Assembly: GCA_035644215.1 (NCBI GenBank)
Contig: DASQPA010000202.1
Coordinates: 4,162-68,161 of the forward strand
DNA: 64,000 nt
Direction of reading: 5' to 3'
DNA from: Thermoanaerobaculia bacterium
GTDB taxonomy: Bacteria; Acidobacteriota; Thermoanaerobaculia; Multivoradales; UBA5704
This document shows positions 20,435-28,479 of this stretch, piece after piece. Numbering within the stretch: the first letter of the stretch is position 1; each line of letters begins with the position of its first letter. The translations under genes were made by a program, and so were the position numbers. The notes under the pieces were generated by a model. It was not told where the DNA came from, did not search any database, and saw only the letters and a program-made list of their open reading frames with translations.

Positions 20435-21460
20435 TCAGGCCCGGAGCCGGGCCGCCACGCTCGCCGCCCCGAACATCGCCGCCCGATCGTTCCGGATGAC
20501 CGAGACCGGGATCGCCTCCAGATAGGATTGGAACCGCCCCTTGGCGACGAAGGCACGGAGGAAGGTGCCGTCCAGGAGCTTCCCGAGGATCTTGGGAGCG
20601 ATCCCTCCCCCCAGGTAGACCCCCCCGGTGGCCGTGCCGACGAGCGCCAGGTTGCCGGCGGCGGCGCCGTAGACGCCGGTGAAGAGGTCGAGGGCGCGGA
20701 CAGCGAGCGGCGACTCCCCGGCGAGGGCCGCCTCGGCGATCACCCGCGAGGGATCGTCCGCCGCCGCCAGGCGCGCCGAGGTCTCCGGCGTCTCCGAGGC
20801 TCCCCCCCCCGCGCTCCCCCGCAGGTACTGATAGATGGCGTGCAGGCCCGGCCCGGAGACTACCCGCTCGACGCTCACCCGGCCGAAGCGGGCGCGGAGG
20901 GCCGTCGCCAGGGCCGCCTCCGCCTCGTCGCGGGGGGCGAAATCCATGTGCCCCCCCTCCGACGCCACCGGCACGTGGCGCCCGTCGATCCAGGGGAGGA
21001 GGGCCATTCCCAGCCCGGTGCCGGCGGCGATGAGGGCGCGGTTGCCCTCCGGGGGCGCCCCCGGCGCGCCCGGCGCCCCCGGATAGAGGACCGCCAGGTC
21101 GGCGGGTCCCAGCAGGGGGATCGCCTCGGCGGTCGCCACCAGGTCGTTGACCAGCTGGACGGCGGCGATCCCCGACGTCCGGGCGATCTCTTCGCCGTCG
21201 AGCTCCCAGGCGAGGTTGGGGGTCCGGGTCCGGTTGGCGAGCACCGGACCGGGGACGCCGAAGCAGGCGGCGCCGACCCGCCCGCCGTCCGTTCCCAGGA
21301 AGGCGGCGAGCATGGGCGCCAGGCCCGGGAAGTCGGGGCTCGCATAGTGGCCGGAGCGCAGCAGCCGCGGCGCCCCTCCCGCCGGTCGCTCGAAGAGGCC
21401 GAGGTTGGTCTTCGTCCCGCCGACGTCCCCGGCCAGCAGAAGGTCCCGGTCGGGACTCAA
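20435..21460 (-). CDS. glk: glucokinase
   Basis: LLLAGDVGGTKTNLGLF N-terminal ATP-binding motif and a Glk-like body. The TTG at 21460 overlaps the pgi stop (TTGA) and gives 341 aa. Confidence 0.82.
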   Translation of the reverse strand: MSPDRDLLLAGDVGGTKTNLGLFERPAGGAPRLLRSGHYASPDFPGLAPMLAAFLGTDGGRVGAACFGVPGPVLANRTRTPNLAWELDGEEIARTSGIAAVQLVNDLVATAEAIPLLGPADLAVLYPGAPGAPGAPPEGNRALIAAGTGLGMALLPWIDGRHVPVASEGGHMDFAPRDEAEAALATALRARFGRVSVERVVSGPGLHAIYQYLRGSAGGGASETPETSARLAAADDPSRVIAEAALAGESPLAVRALDLFTGVYGAAAGNLALVGTATGGVYLGGGIAPKILGKLLDGTFLRAFVAKGRFQSYLEAIPVSVIRNDRAAMFGAASVAARLRA

Positions 21461-23160
21461 GTCGGGAGCGCCTCGCCGACCACCTGGCGGATCGCCTGGT
21501 GGATCGCCGAGACGCCGGCCGCGGCGTCCTCCCCCAGATCGACGGTCAGGACCTTCCGGCCACGCTGCTCGAGCGCCTTCCTGTCCCCCGCCGCCTGGGC
21601 CTGGATCAAGCGCGCGAAGGTGTAGTCGGTCTCCGGCACCGGCAGCTCCTGGTGGGGGTGGTCGACGAGCTGCAGGAAGCGGCTGCCGGGAGGCCCCCCC
21701 TTGTGGAGCTGGCCGGTCGAGTGGAGGAAACGCGGGCCGTAGCCGAAGGTGGTGGCGAGCCGGGTGCGGTCTCTCACCTCGCCCTGGAGGGCGTGGAGGG
21801 CCGCCCCCAGCGCGGGGGTGGGGGCCAGGTAGGCGTGGAGGCCGACGTAGCCCCCCGTCCCGCCCAGGAGATCGGCGAGCGCCGCCCCCAGGGCCGCCCG
21901 GTCGGCGACCGGCACCGTCTTCGCCTCCCCGCCGCCCCCCGCCCCGGCCTGCTTCATGGCCTCCCGGGCCAGCACCTTGGCGAACTCCACGTCCGGCTGG
22001 TTGAAGGGATGGATGCCCAAAACCGCGCCGGCCGCCGCCACCGCCACCTCCCAGCGGAACATCTCGCGGCCGAGGTCCAGCGGATCGGCGAGGGTGAGCC
22101 GCGCCACCGGGTGGCCCTGGGCTTCGAGCGCCGAGAGCAGGTCGCCCACCCCGGCGTCCTCCCCCGCCACTTCCAAGGTGACGAAGAAGCGGTCGGCGCC
22201 GTAGGCCTCCGGCCGGCCGAGCGGCTCGCCCGCCACCGGGACGATCCCCGTGTTGTCCTTCCCGGTGCTCTCGGCGATGAGCTGCTCCAGCCAGTCGGGG
22301 AAGGCGGCGATCGAGGGGGAGGTCCAGAGGGTCAGCTTGTCGCGCCCGGCACGGGCGAGCTCCCCCATCGCGGCGCCCAGCTGGAGCCCCGGGTCGTCGG
22401 CCGCCGCCACCTCCGGCCCGCAGGCGGCCGCCGCCTGGCGGGCGCGGTCGAGGAGCCCCGCGAGGTCGACCCCGGCCACCGCCGCGGGGACCAGGCCGAA
22501 GGGGGTCAGGGCGCTGTAGCGGCCGCCGACGTCCGGCGGGGCGGAAAAGACGGCGCGGAAGCCGCGCTCCCGGGCGAGCTTCTCGAGCGAGGTGCCGGGG
22601 TCGGTGATCGCCGCGAAATGTCGGCCCGGATCGCCCTTGGGGTCCCCTTTTTCGGCCAGCGCCCGCTTCACCCGCTCCCAGAAGGTATAGAAATAGGACA
22701 GGGTCTCGGTCGTCCCCCCCGACTTGCTCGACACCAGGAAGAGGCTCTTCAGGGGGTCGAGCCGGCCGGCCAGGGCGGCGACCGCGTCGGGGTGGGTGCT
22801 GTCGAGCACCGAGAGCTCCAGCCCGCCGGGACGGTGCCCGAAGGTGTGGGCGAAGACCTCCGGCGCCAGGCTCGACCCGCCCATCCCGAGGACCACCGCG
22901 TGGGTGATGCCGTCCGCCCGCACCCCGTCGACGAAGCGGCCGAGGTCGGCCAGGGTGGCGGGCGCGGTCTCCGGCAGGGGGAGCCAGCCCAGGCGGTCGG
23001 CGAGATCCGGCACCGGCTCGCGCGACCAGAGGGTGGTGTCCTTCTGCCACAACCGCCGGCCGAACCGCTCCTCCTGCCAGCGCGCCAGGCGCGCCGTCAC
23101 CGCGGGCGCGTAGCGCCCCAACCTCAGCTCGGAACCGCTCGCTCCACCCGGGTTCGCCAT
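21457..23160 (-). CDS. pgi: glucose-6-phosphate isomerase (family also seen fused to transaldolase)
   Basis: RLWQKDTTLWS..., VLGMGGSSLAPEV, SKSGGTTETL and DVGGRYSALT are SIS-domain/PGI motifs. The ATG at 23160 is preceded by GGAAGGAGG. Confidence 0.85.
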   Translation of the reverse strand: MANPGGASGSELRLGRYAPAVTARLARWQEERFGRRLWQKDTTLWSREPVPDLADRLGWLPLPETAPATLADLGRFVDGVRADGITHAVVLGMGGSSLAPEVFAHTFGHRPGGLELSVLDSTHPDAVAALAGRLDPLKSLFLVSSKSGGTTETLSYFYTFWERVKRALAEKGDPKGDPGRHFAAITDPGTSLEKLARERGFRAVFSAPPDVGGRYSALTPFGLVPAAVAGVDLAGLLDRARQAAAACGPEVAAADDPGLQLGAAMGELARAGRDKLTLWTSPSIAAFPDWLEQLIAESTGKDNTGIVPVAGEPLGRPEAYGADRFFVTLEVAGEDAGVGDLLSALEAQGHPVARLTLADPLDLGREMFRWEVAVAAAGAVLGIHPFNQPDVEFAKVLAREAMKQAGAGGGGEAKTVPVADRAALGAALADLLGGTGGYVGLHAYLAPTPALGAALHALQGEVRDRTRLATTFGYGPRFLHSTGQLHKGGPPGSRFLQLVDHPHQELPVPETDYTFARLIQAQAAGDRKALEQRGRKVLTVDLGEDAAAGVSAIHQAIRQVVGEALPT

Positions 23161-23276
23161 CTCCGACCTCCTTCCCTCTCCAGCCGGGCACTGTATGCAA
23201 AACCCCGCGCACCGGCAACGTCGGGAGACCTGGGAGCGCATGCTACGATCGGCCCCGCGCGGAGAGCGAGGAACGC

Positions 23277-23711
23277 ATGAAGAGCTACGAAATCAAAACC
23301 AAGAGGGGAAGCGCGACGGTTCTCCCCGGTCTCCTTCTCGCCTTTCTTGCCTTTCTCGCCAGTACCGGCTGCGCGCGCGGCGGGGGCGGGCGCGACTACA
23401 CGGTCCGCGGCCGGGTGGCCGAGCTGCCCCAGGCCGGGAATCCGGCGAGCGCTTTCGAGATCGCCCACCAGGCGGTGGACGACTTCGTCGACCGCCAGGG
23501 GGAGGTGGTGGGGATGGATCCCATGACCATGTCCTTCCCCTTGGGTCCCCAGGTGTCGCTCGCCGGCCTCGCCGTCAACGACCCCATCGAATTCACCTTG
23601 CACGTCGACTGGCAGGCCAACCCGCCGGTCCGCATCACCCGTCTGAGGAAGCTCCCCCCCGGCACTCCCATCGAGTTCCGGGCGGCCCGGCCGCCCGGCA
23701 AGAAGCCGTGA
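23277..23711 (+). CDS. CusF-like copper-binding lipoprotein
   Basis: Lipobox LAFLASTGC. The pattern RGRVAEL...IAHQAV..F....GMDPMTMSFPL...LAGLAVNDPIEFTL matches the CusF-type H...MxM OB-fold pattern. This is a by-eye assignment. Confidence 0.6.
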   Translation: MKSYEIKTKRGSATVLPGLLLAFLAFLASTGCARGGGGRDYTVRGRVAELPQAGNPASAFEIAHQAVDDFVDRQGEVVGMDPMTMSFPLGPQVSLAGLAVNDPIEFTLHVDWQANPPVRITRLRKLPPGTPIEFRAARPPGKKP

Positions 23712-23781
23712 GCTACCACCCGGGGCGGGGCATCGGCCAACCGAGAACTGAAGAGACATCCATTTCAAAAAGGAGGGAAAC

Positions 23782-24210
23782 ATGCCCGTACGTTCAGCCA
23801 AAGCGGTGTGGGAAGGGGGATTGAAGGACGGTCAGGGGAAGGTCTCCCTGGGGAGCGGCGCCTTCGAGGGGCGCTACTCGTTCGGCTCCCGTTTCGAGGA
23901 GGCCGGCGGCACCAACCCGGAGGAGCTGATCGGCGCCGCCCATGCCGGCTGCTTCTCGATGGCCCTCTCGGCCGGTTTAGGCCGCGCCGGCTTCGCGCCC
24001 CAGCGGGTCGCGACCTCGGCCAAGGTCCACCTGGAAAAGGTGGGCGAGGGTTTCAAGATCACCCGCATCGAGCTCGAAAACGAATCCCAGATCCCCGGGA
24101 TCGACGACGCCGCCTTCCAGGATCAGGCCCGCAAGGCCAAGGAAGGGTGCCCGGTCTCCCAGGCCCTGGGCGGCGTCGAGATCACGTTGAACGCCCGTCT
24201 GGTCAGCTGA
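23782..24210 (+). CDS. osmC: OsmC-family peroxiredoxin
   Basis: AVWEGGLKDGQGKVSLGSGAF...TNPEELIGAAHAGCFSMAL...CPVSQAL, with the two conserved Cys of OsmC. Confidence 0.9.
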   Translation: MPVRSAKAVWEGGLKDGQGKVSLGSGAFEGRYSFGSRFEEAGGTNPEELIGAAHAGCFSMALSAGLGRAGFAPQRVATSAKVHLEKVGEGFKITRIELENESQIPGIDDAAFQDQARKAKEGCPVSQALGGVEITLNARLVS

Positions 24211-24350
24211 GGGTGGGTTGGGGCGCCGTCCGCGGACGGCGCCCCAGCCCATGCAAACATAGAAGAAACCCTATTTTTCTTCTTGACATCCTTTCGCCGC
24301 GCCCATACCCTCCATCTCATCCCGCTAGACGGTCAAGAAGGAGATTCTCG

Positions 24351-24872
24351 ATGGCGTGGAAAAGAGACGATTCCCCCAACCCGCAGCCCGAACCCCCCGC
24401 CGCCCCCCGCCCCATGACCAGCGCCCCTCCCCCGCCGCCCGCCGCGGAGCCGACCCGCCGCCCGTCCGAACGGGCGACCATCGGCCCCTCGATCTTCATC
24501 AAAGGCGATCTCGCCGGCGAGGAGGACCTGGTGATCGAAGGGCGGGTCGAGGGCAAGGTCGACCTGAAACAGCACAACGTCACGATCGGCAAGAACGGCC
24601 GGGTGAAGGCGGACGTCTTCGGCCGCGTCGTCACCGTCGAGGGCGAGGTGGACGGCAACGTCTTCGCCCAGGAGCAGGCGGTCCTGCGCCAGTCGGGCGC
24701 CGTGCGCGGCAACATCACCTCTCCCCGCGTCACCCTGGAGGACGGCTCGCGGTTCAAGGGCTCGATCGACATGGAGCCCAAGGACCTCGGCCGGGCATCC
24801 GGCCCGGCGCCGGGAGGGCCGCGGCGCGAGCCCGGAACCGAAGCCCCGGCCAACCGGATCGCCAACGCGTAG
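24351..24872 (+). CDS. bactofilin (polymer-forming cytoskeletal protein) with a Pro-rich N terminus
   Basis: IGPSIFIKGDLAGEEDLVIEGRVEGKVDLKQHNVTIGKNGRVKADVFGRVVTVEGEVDGNVFA...VRGNITSPRVTLEDGSRFKGSIDM is the beta-helical DUF583 repeat pattern. The ATG at 24351 follows AAGGAGA. Confidence 0.85.
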   Translation: MAWKRDDSPNPQPEPPAAPRPMTSAPPPPPAAEPTRRPSERATIGPSIFIKGDLAGEEDLVIEGRVEGKVDLKQHNVTIGKNGRVKADVFGRVVTVEGEVDGNVFAQEQAVLRQSGAVRGNITSPRVTLEDGSRFKGSIDMEPKDLGRASGPAPGGPRREPGTEAPANRIANA

Positions 24873-25523
24873 ATGAGCTGGTTTTCGTCGCACGGCTCCC
24901 GCGACAAGAAAAAGGAGCACCGCCCGACGGCCGAGACCGAGCCGCAGATCCACCGCTCGCTCGCCCTGACCGCCCTGCTCGAAGAGTTCCGCCGCGGCCG
25001 CAAGCTCCAGGTCCTGGACCTGGGGCCGGCCATCGGCAGCAACGTCGAGTTCCTCTCGCAGTTTGGCTGCAAAATCTATATCGAAGACCTCTACGCGGCC
25101 CTCTCGGCGCGCGCCGGGGGAGGCGACGGCGAGGAGGCCGGCCCGGAGTTCTTCGCCGAGTTCCTCCCCCGCTCGGAGGCGGTGAGCTTCGACGTGGTGA
25201 TCGCCTGGGACACCTGGAACTACCTGACCCGCAAGGAGCTCGGCTACTTCCTCAAGCACCTGGCCCTATTCTGTCAGCCGGGGACGGTGATCTTCTCCCT
25301 GATCTCGATCCTGAAGCAGATCCCGGCGCAGCCGATCCGTTTCCGCATCGTCGACGAGCAGAACCTGGCCTACGACGTGCGGACGACCGCGCTGCGGCCC
25401 GCGCCGCGCTTCGCGCCGGCCGACTTGAACGACCTCCTGCGCGGCTTCCGGGTCGACCGCTCCTTCCTGCTGCGCCACGGCATCCAGGAGTACCTGTTCG
25501 TGAAGGAAGGGGAGCGGCGGTAG
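24873..25523 (+). CDS. SAM-dependent methyltransferase-like protein, start abuts the bactofilin stop
   Basis: KLQVLDLGPAIGSNVEFL resembles motif I, and FDVVIAWDTWNYL resembles the post-II region. The start ATG directly follows the bactofilin TAG (TAGATG). The family assignment is tentative. Confidence 0.5.
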   Translation: MSWFSSHGSRDKKKEHRPTAETEPQIHRSLALTALLEEFRRGRKLQVLDLGPAIGSNVEFLSQFGCKIYIEDLYAALSARAGGGDGEEAGPEFFAEFLPRSEAVSFDVVIAWDTWNYLTRKELGYFLKHLALFCQPGTVIFSLISILKQIPAQPIRFRIVDEQNLAYDVRTTALRPAPRFAPADLNDLLRGFRVDRSFLLRHGIQEYLFVKEGERR

Positions 25524-25547
25524 GCGGCGTACCCCCGAGCGTACCTT

Positions 25548-26118
25548 CGCCCCTTCGGGGCTTTATTTTCTTGTGGTTACCCCAACCTGGGGCTCTCGCC
25601 CCAGGCTACCCACCTGCGCCCCTTCGGGGCTGTCTTCCCAGATAGGACGATCGATCTTGGGTCCCTTCACCTCGGCGGCCGGCAAGGATCAACCCTTGCG
25701 ATTCTGAGAGTTCTTCATGCGGCTACGCCGCACCCGAAGATGGATGAAAGGCGTATCCGCCTGCCACCCCCCTCCTGTCCTCCCCCCATCCCCTGGCACC
25801 CTCCCGCCCAGGGGGGAGGAACGCGGTAGTCAGCGTCGTCGTCGGGTGGTCAGAGCTCGAGTTGAAGCTGCCGATCGGGTCCCTCCCCCCTGGGTGGGTG
25901 TGAGGGTGGGGATGGGGGGAGGACAGGAGGGGGGTGGCACAGACGAGCGACGCCTAGCTCACAGGCTTTCGCCCCTTTGGGCACCTGGGCGGCGGCTGTC
26001 AAAGATCAACTACGATTGCTTGCGATTCTGAATCCGCCCCGAAGGGGCGCAGGTGGGTAGCCTGGGGTGCCAACCCCAGGTATGGTTAACCTCAAGAATC
26101 TACAGCCCCGAAGGGGCG
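25548..26118. repeat. nested palindromic composite element (about 83-bp terminal inverted repeats, 40-50-bp internal direct repeats, perfect 31-bp central stem)
   Basis: IR-L 25548-25630 is close to the reverse complement of IR-R 26036-26118; both contain two CGCCCCTTCGGGGC hairpins plus AGGCTACCCACCTGCGCC. DR1 is 25668-25707 and DR2 is 25982-26031 (CACCT.GGCGGC...GATCAAC...TTGCGATTCTGA). 25763-25793 is the exact reverse complement of 25908-25938 (31/31). Confidence 0.8.
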
Positions 26119-26320
26119 ACGGTAGTTTGAGACGTAACTGCCGTGGTCCCCTTTCAGGTTAAAGCCCCTCCTCTTCAACGCATCTCAGGCTCCTGGATGC
26201 CGATCGGAGGCCTCGGATGTCGATCTCAGGCCAGAGATCGCGATCCGAAGTCTCGGATATCTCTGGCGAGTCGCTTGGGCTCTCCGCAGGATGACGATGG
26301 GGAGGAGCGTGGCGAAACGA

Positions 26321-26935
26321 CCTCCGGAGAGGACGAACTCACCTCCGGCCGGCTCGGGAAACCCTCCGCGGGCGCCCAAACCCCCGAAAAGGCCTCCAAA
26401 AACTCTCCGGGTCGACTTCCTGCGTCTCCGGGTCGACTTCTGATCCCTCCGGCTCGACTTCCGACGCCTCCGGGTCGACTTTTTCCCTCTCCGGGTCGAC
26501 TTCCCATCCCTGGAAAGTCACTTTCGACGTCTCCGGGAAGACTTCTCATCCGTGGTGTTTTACTTTTCACGCGTGCAGCTCGACTTTCCGGGCGTGGAAA
26601 GTTACTTCCCAGGTGTCCAGGAAGACTTTCCGCGGTTTTGGAAGCTCCCGGAGGCCGTCCGGAAGCTCCCGGAGGGTTTCTGGAAGGTCCCGGAGGGTTT
26701 TGGGAACCTCCCGGAGAAATTTCGGCAGCGCCCGGAGGATCTCTGGAAGCTCCCGCAGACCGTCCGGAACCTCCCGGAGAGTCTCCGGAAGGACTTTGCA
26801 CGGGTGCCGGACGACTTTCCAGAGGTTCCGGAAGCGTCCGGAGACGTCCCGGAAGCACCCGGAGGCGCTACGGACTTTCCACGGGTTCCGGACGTTCCCG
26901 GAGGGGTTTCTGAAGATCCCGGAGGCTTTCGCCGC
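26321..26935. repeat. degenerate tandem array with strict 21-bp periodicity (about 29 units) in two inverted blocks
   Basis: Units like CTCCGGGTCGACTTCCnnnnn run from about 26405 to 26550. Units like nnnnGGAAGCTCCCGGAGnnn (the reverse-complement motif) run from about 26636 to 26930. The 21-bp phase is kept throughout, and several reading frames on both strands stay open for long stretches. Confidence 0.85.
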
Positions 26936-26939
26936 GTTC

Positions 26940-27572
26940 TTACGTCGCGGCCACGCGGGCCGTCGCCGTCATCATGCCCCAGGGCCAGGGCGCACTATAA
27001 GACTCGACCGCCACCTCGGCCAGGCCGGCGGCTTCGAGGAGCTGCCGGCACCGGGCCTTGCCGTAGATGCGCTGGTGCGCGTGATCGAACCGGCGCACGA
27101 TCCACTCGCAGATCCGGCAGGCCAGGAAGTCGGCGCACCAGTCGGTGATCACCAGGCGGCCGCCGGGCCGCAGGACTCGCCGGATCTCCTGCAGCGCCTC
27201 CTCCGGGTGCGGCCAGTAGTGAAAGGAGCTGATCGAGACGACGACGTCGAACGAGCCCGAAGGGTAAGGCAGGGCGCCGACGTCGCCCAGGGCGAGCGGG
27301 ACCGCCGGAGGAAGACTCGCCCGGGCGCAGGCGAGCATGGCGAGCGACAGATCGACACCGCAGAGCCGCGGCGCGGCGCTCTCCAGGACCAGTTCCCGGA
27401 GCAGGGCGCCGGTACCACAGCCGAGGTCGAGCAGCTGTTCGCCCGGGCGCAGGGCCAGGCGGGCCAGGGTGGCCCGCGTCGTCGCCCGGATGTAGCGCGC
27501 CCACCGCCGGTCGTAGACCGCCGCGAGCCGATCGTAGGTCTGGCGGACCGGGGCGTTGGCAGAGTTCCTCAT
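26940..27572 (-). CDS. class I SAM-dependent methyltransferase (Methyltransf_11/UbiE-like)
   Basis: YDRLAAVYDRRW..., LLDLGCGTGAL (motif I), FDVVVSISSFHYWP and RVLRPGGRLVITDW. Confidence 0.85.
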   Translation of the reverse strand: MRNSANAPVRQTYDRLAAVYDRRWARYIRATTRATLARLALRPGEQLLDLGCGTGALLRELVLESAAPRLCGVDLSLAMLACARASLPPAVPLALGDVGALPYPSGSFDVVVSISSFHYWPHPEEALQEIRRVLRPGGRLVITDWCADFLACRICEWIVRRFDHAHQRIYGKARCRQLLEAAGLAEVAVESYSAPWPWGMMTATARVAAT

Positions 27573-27684
27573 CCGGGCTCGCCCCGCATGTCAGTAGAGG
27601 ATCGAGTCTGACCGCGAGTCTGGAGCTGTCCCCTGATCCCGCGCCGTGGGAGCCACCCGCCTTTAGTTAGGCGTCGTCCATATT

Positions 27685-28191
27685 TCAAGCCTCCGGCTCT
27701 GCCGGAGGTCTGTAACGGGTCAGTCCGATCTCGGCGGACAACTCGGCGCTGACCAACACGCGGATGCCGTGGCGCAGCAGGGATGTGAAATGGCGGCGGT
27801 TCTCGGTGGTGACGAGCTGCGCACCAGCCTGCCGCGCGATCTCGGCAATGTGTGCATCGTAGATCCTACCGCCCATCGTGCCCTCCCCTACGGTGGAGAT
27901 CAGGAACTCCTCCCGCAGTTTCGATGGGAGGTCGTGGACCGAGAAACGAGGGAAGATCTCCTCCCGCAGGAGCCGTAGGGCGATCTCCGGTTCGAGGCGG
28001 TATTCTTCCGGTAGGCGCGTCGTCACCGAGTAGAACTCGAGACAGCAATGCCAAGCGGTTAGCGGGCGCTCGATCTGGCCGTTCGCGACCGCATCCATCA
28101 GCAGTAGGGCGTGCTGCGAGCTGCGGCCAAAGTCGATGCTTCCGGCGATGAGGATACTGGTATCGAAGAAGGCCCCCCTCAGCCCGGCCAC
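27685..28191 (-). CDS. vapC: PIN-domain ribonuclease toxin (VapC-like) with an extended C terminus
   Basis: GAFFDTSILIAG (first acidic PIN residue), ...IYDAHIAEIARQAGAQLVTTENRRHF (distal PIN motifs). It overlaps the upstream AbrB-type gene by 13 nt. Confidence 0.78.
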   Translation of the reverse strand: MAGLRGAFFDTSILIAGSIDFGRSSQHALLLMDAVANGQIERPLTAWHCCLEFYSVTTRLPEEYRLEPEIALRLLREEIFPRFSVHDLPSKLREEFLISTVGEGTMGGRIYDAHIAEIARQAGAQLVTTENRRHFTSLLRHGIRVLVSAELSAEIGLTRYRPPAEPEA

Positions 28192-28463
28192 CGGTCCCGC
28201 TCCTCTTCCATCAACCGCGCCACGTCGACCTCGGCGCGCTCTCCTTCCGGCACCCGAGGGCGGACGACCAGCCGCTCGCCGCGCCGGACGAGCTCGGGGC
28301 CGGCGACCGACCGGACCAGGTGGATGGCGAAGCCCTCGACCACCATCTCAAGCTCCGTGCCGGCGGCCAGACCGAGCCGCTTGCGCACCTCGGCAGGAAT
28401 GACCACACGCCCGGCCTTGTCAATGGTCATGATCATGGGTGTAGCGTACCATGCCTTTGCCAC
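28179..28463 (-). CDS. vapB: AbrB/SpoVT-family antitoxin (VapB-like)
   Basis: MTIDKAGRVVIPAEVRKRLGLAAGTELEM is the swapped-hairpin AbrB motif. The start is ambiguous: GTG at 28463, or ATG at 28434 or 28428. Confidence 0.78.
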   Translation of the reverse strand: MAKAWYATPMIMTIDKAGRVVIPAEVRKRLGLAAGTELEMVVEGFAIHLVRSVAGPELVRRGERLVVRPRVPEGERAEVDVARLMEEERDRWPG

Positions 28464-28479
28464 TACCCTTCCCTCGTCC

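Noticed and set aside
25717-26031. 104-aa ORF inside the nested palindrome.
   Set aside because: Its sequence is dictated by the C-run and G-run arms (PPPVLPPSP..., GMGGGQEGGG). It has no RBS and a shadow-like composition.
26866-26885. GGAAAGTCCG on the minus strand, resembling the conserved RNase P RNA P4 sequence.
   Set aside because: It is simply one unit of the 21-bp repeat (GGACTTTCC), and none of the other RNase P conserved regions is nearby.
26143-26913. ORFs spanning the 21-bp array: 26143-26913 (+), 26226-26858 (-), 26339-26521 (-), 26613-27611 (+).
   Set aside because: They give low-complexity PGR/SRPG heptads with poor third-position GC in my hand translations, and they mutually overlap. 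Only plus frame 2 (26444-27148) retains some coding plausibility, and it is discussed as a finding rather than called as a gene.
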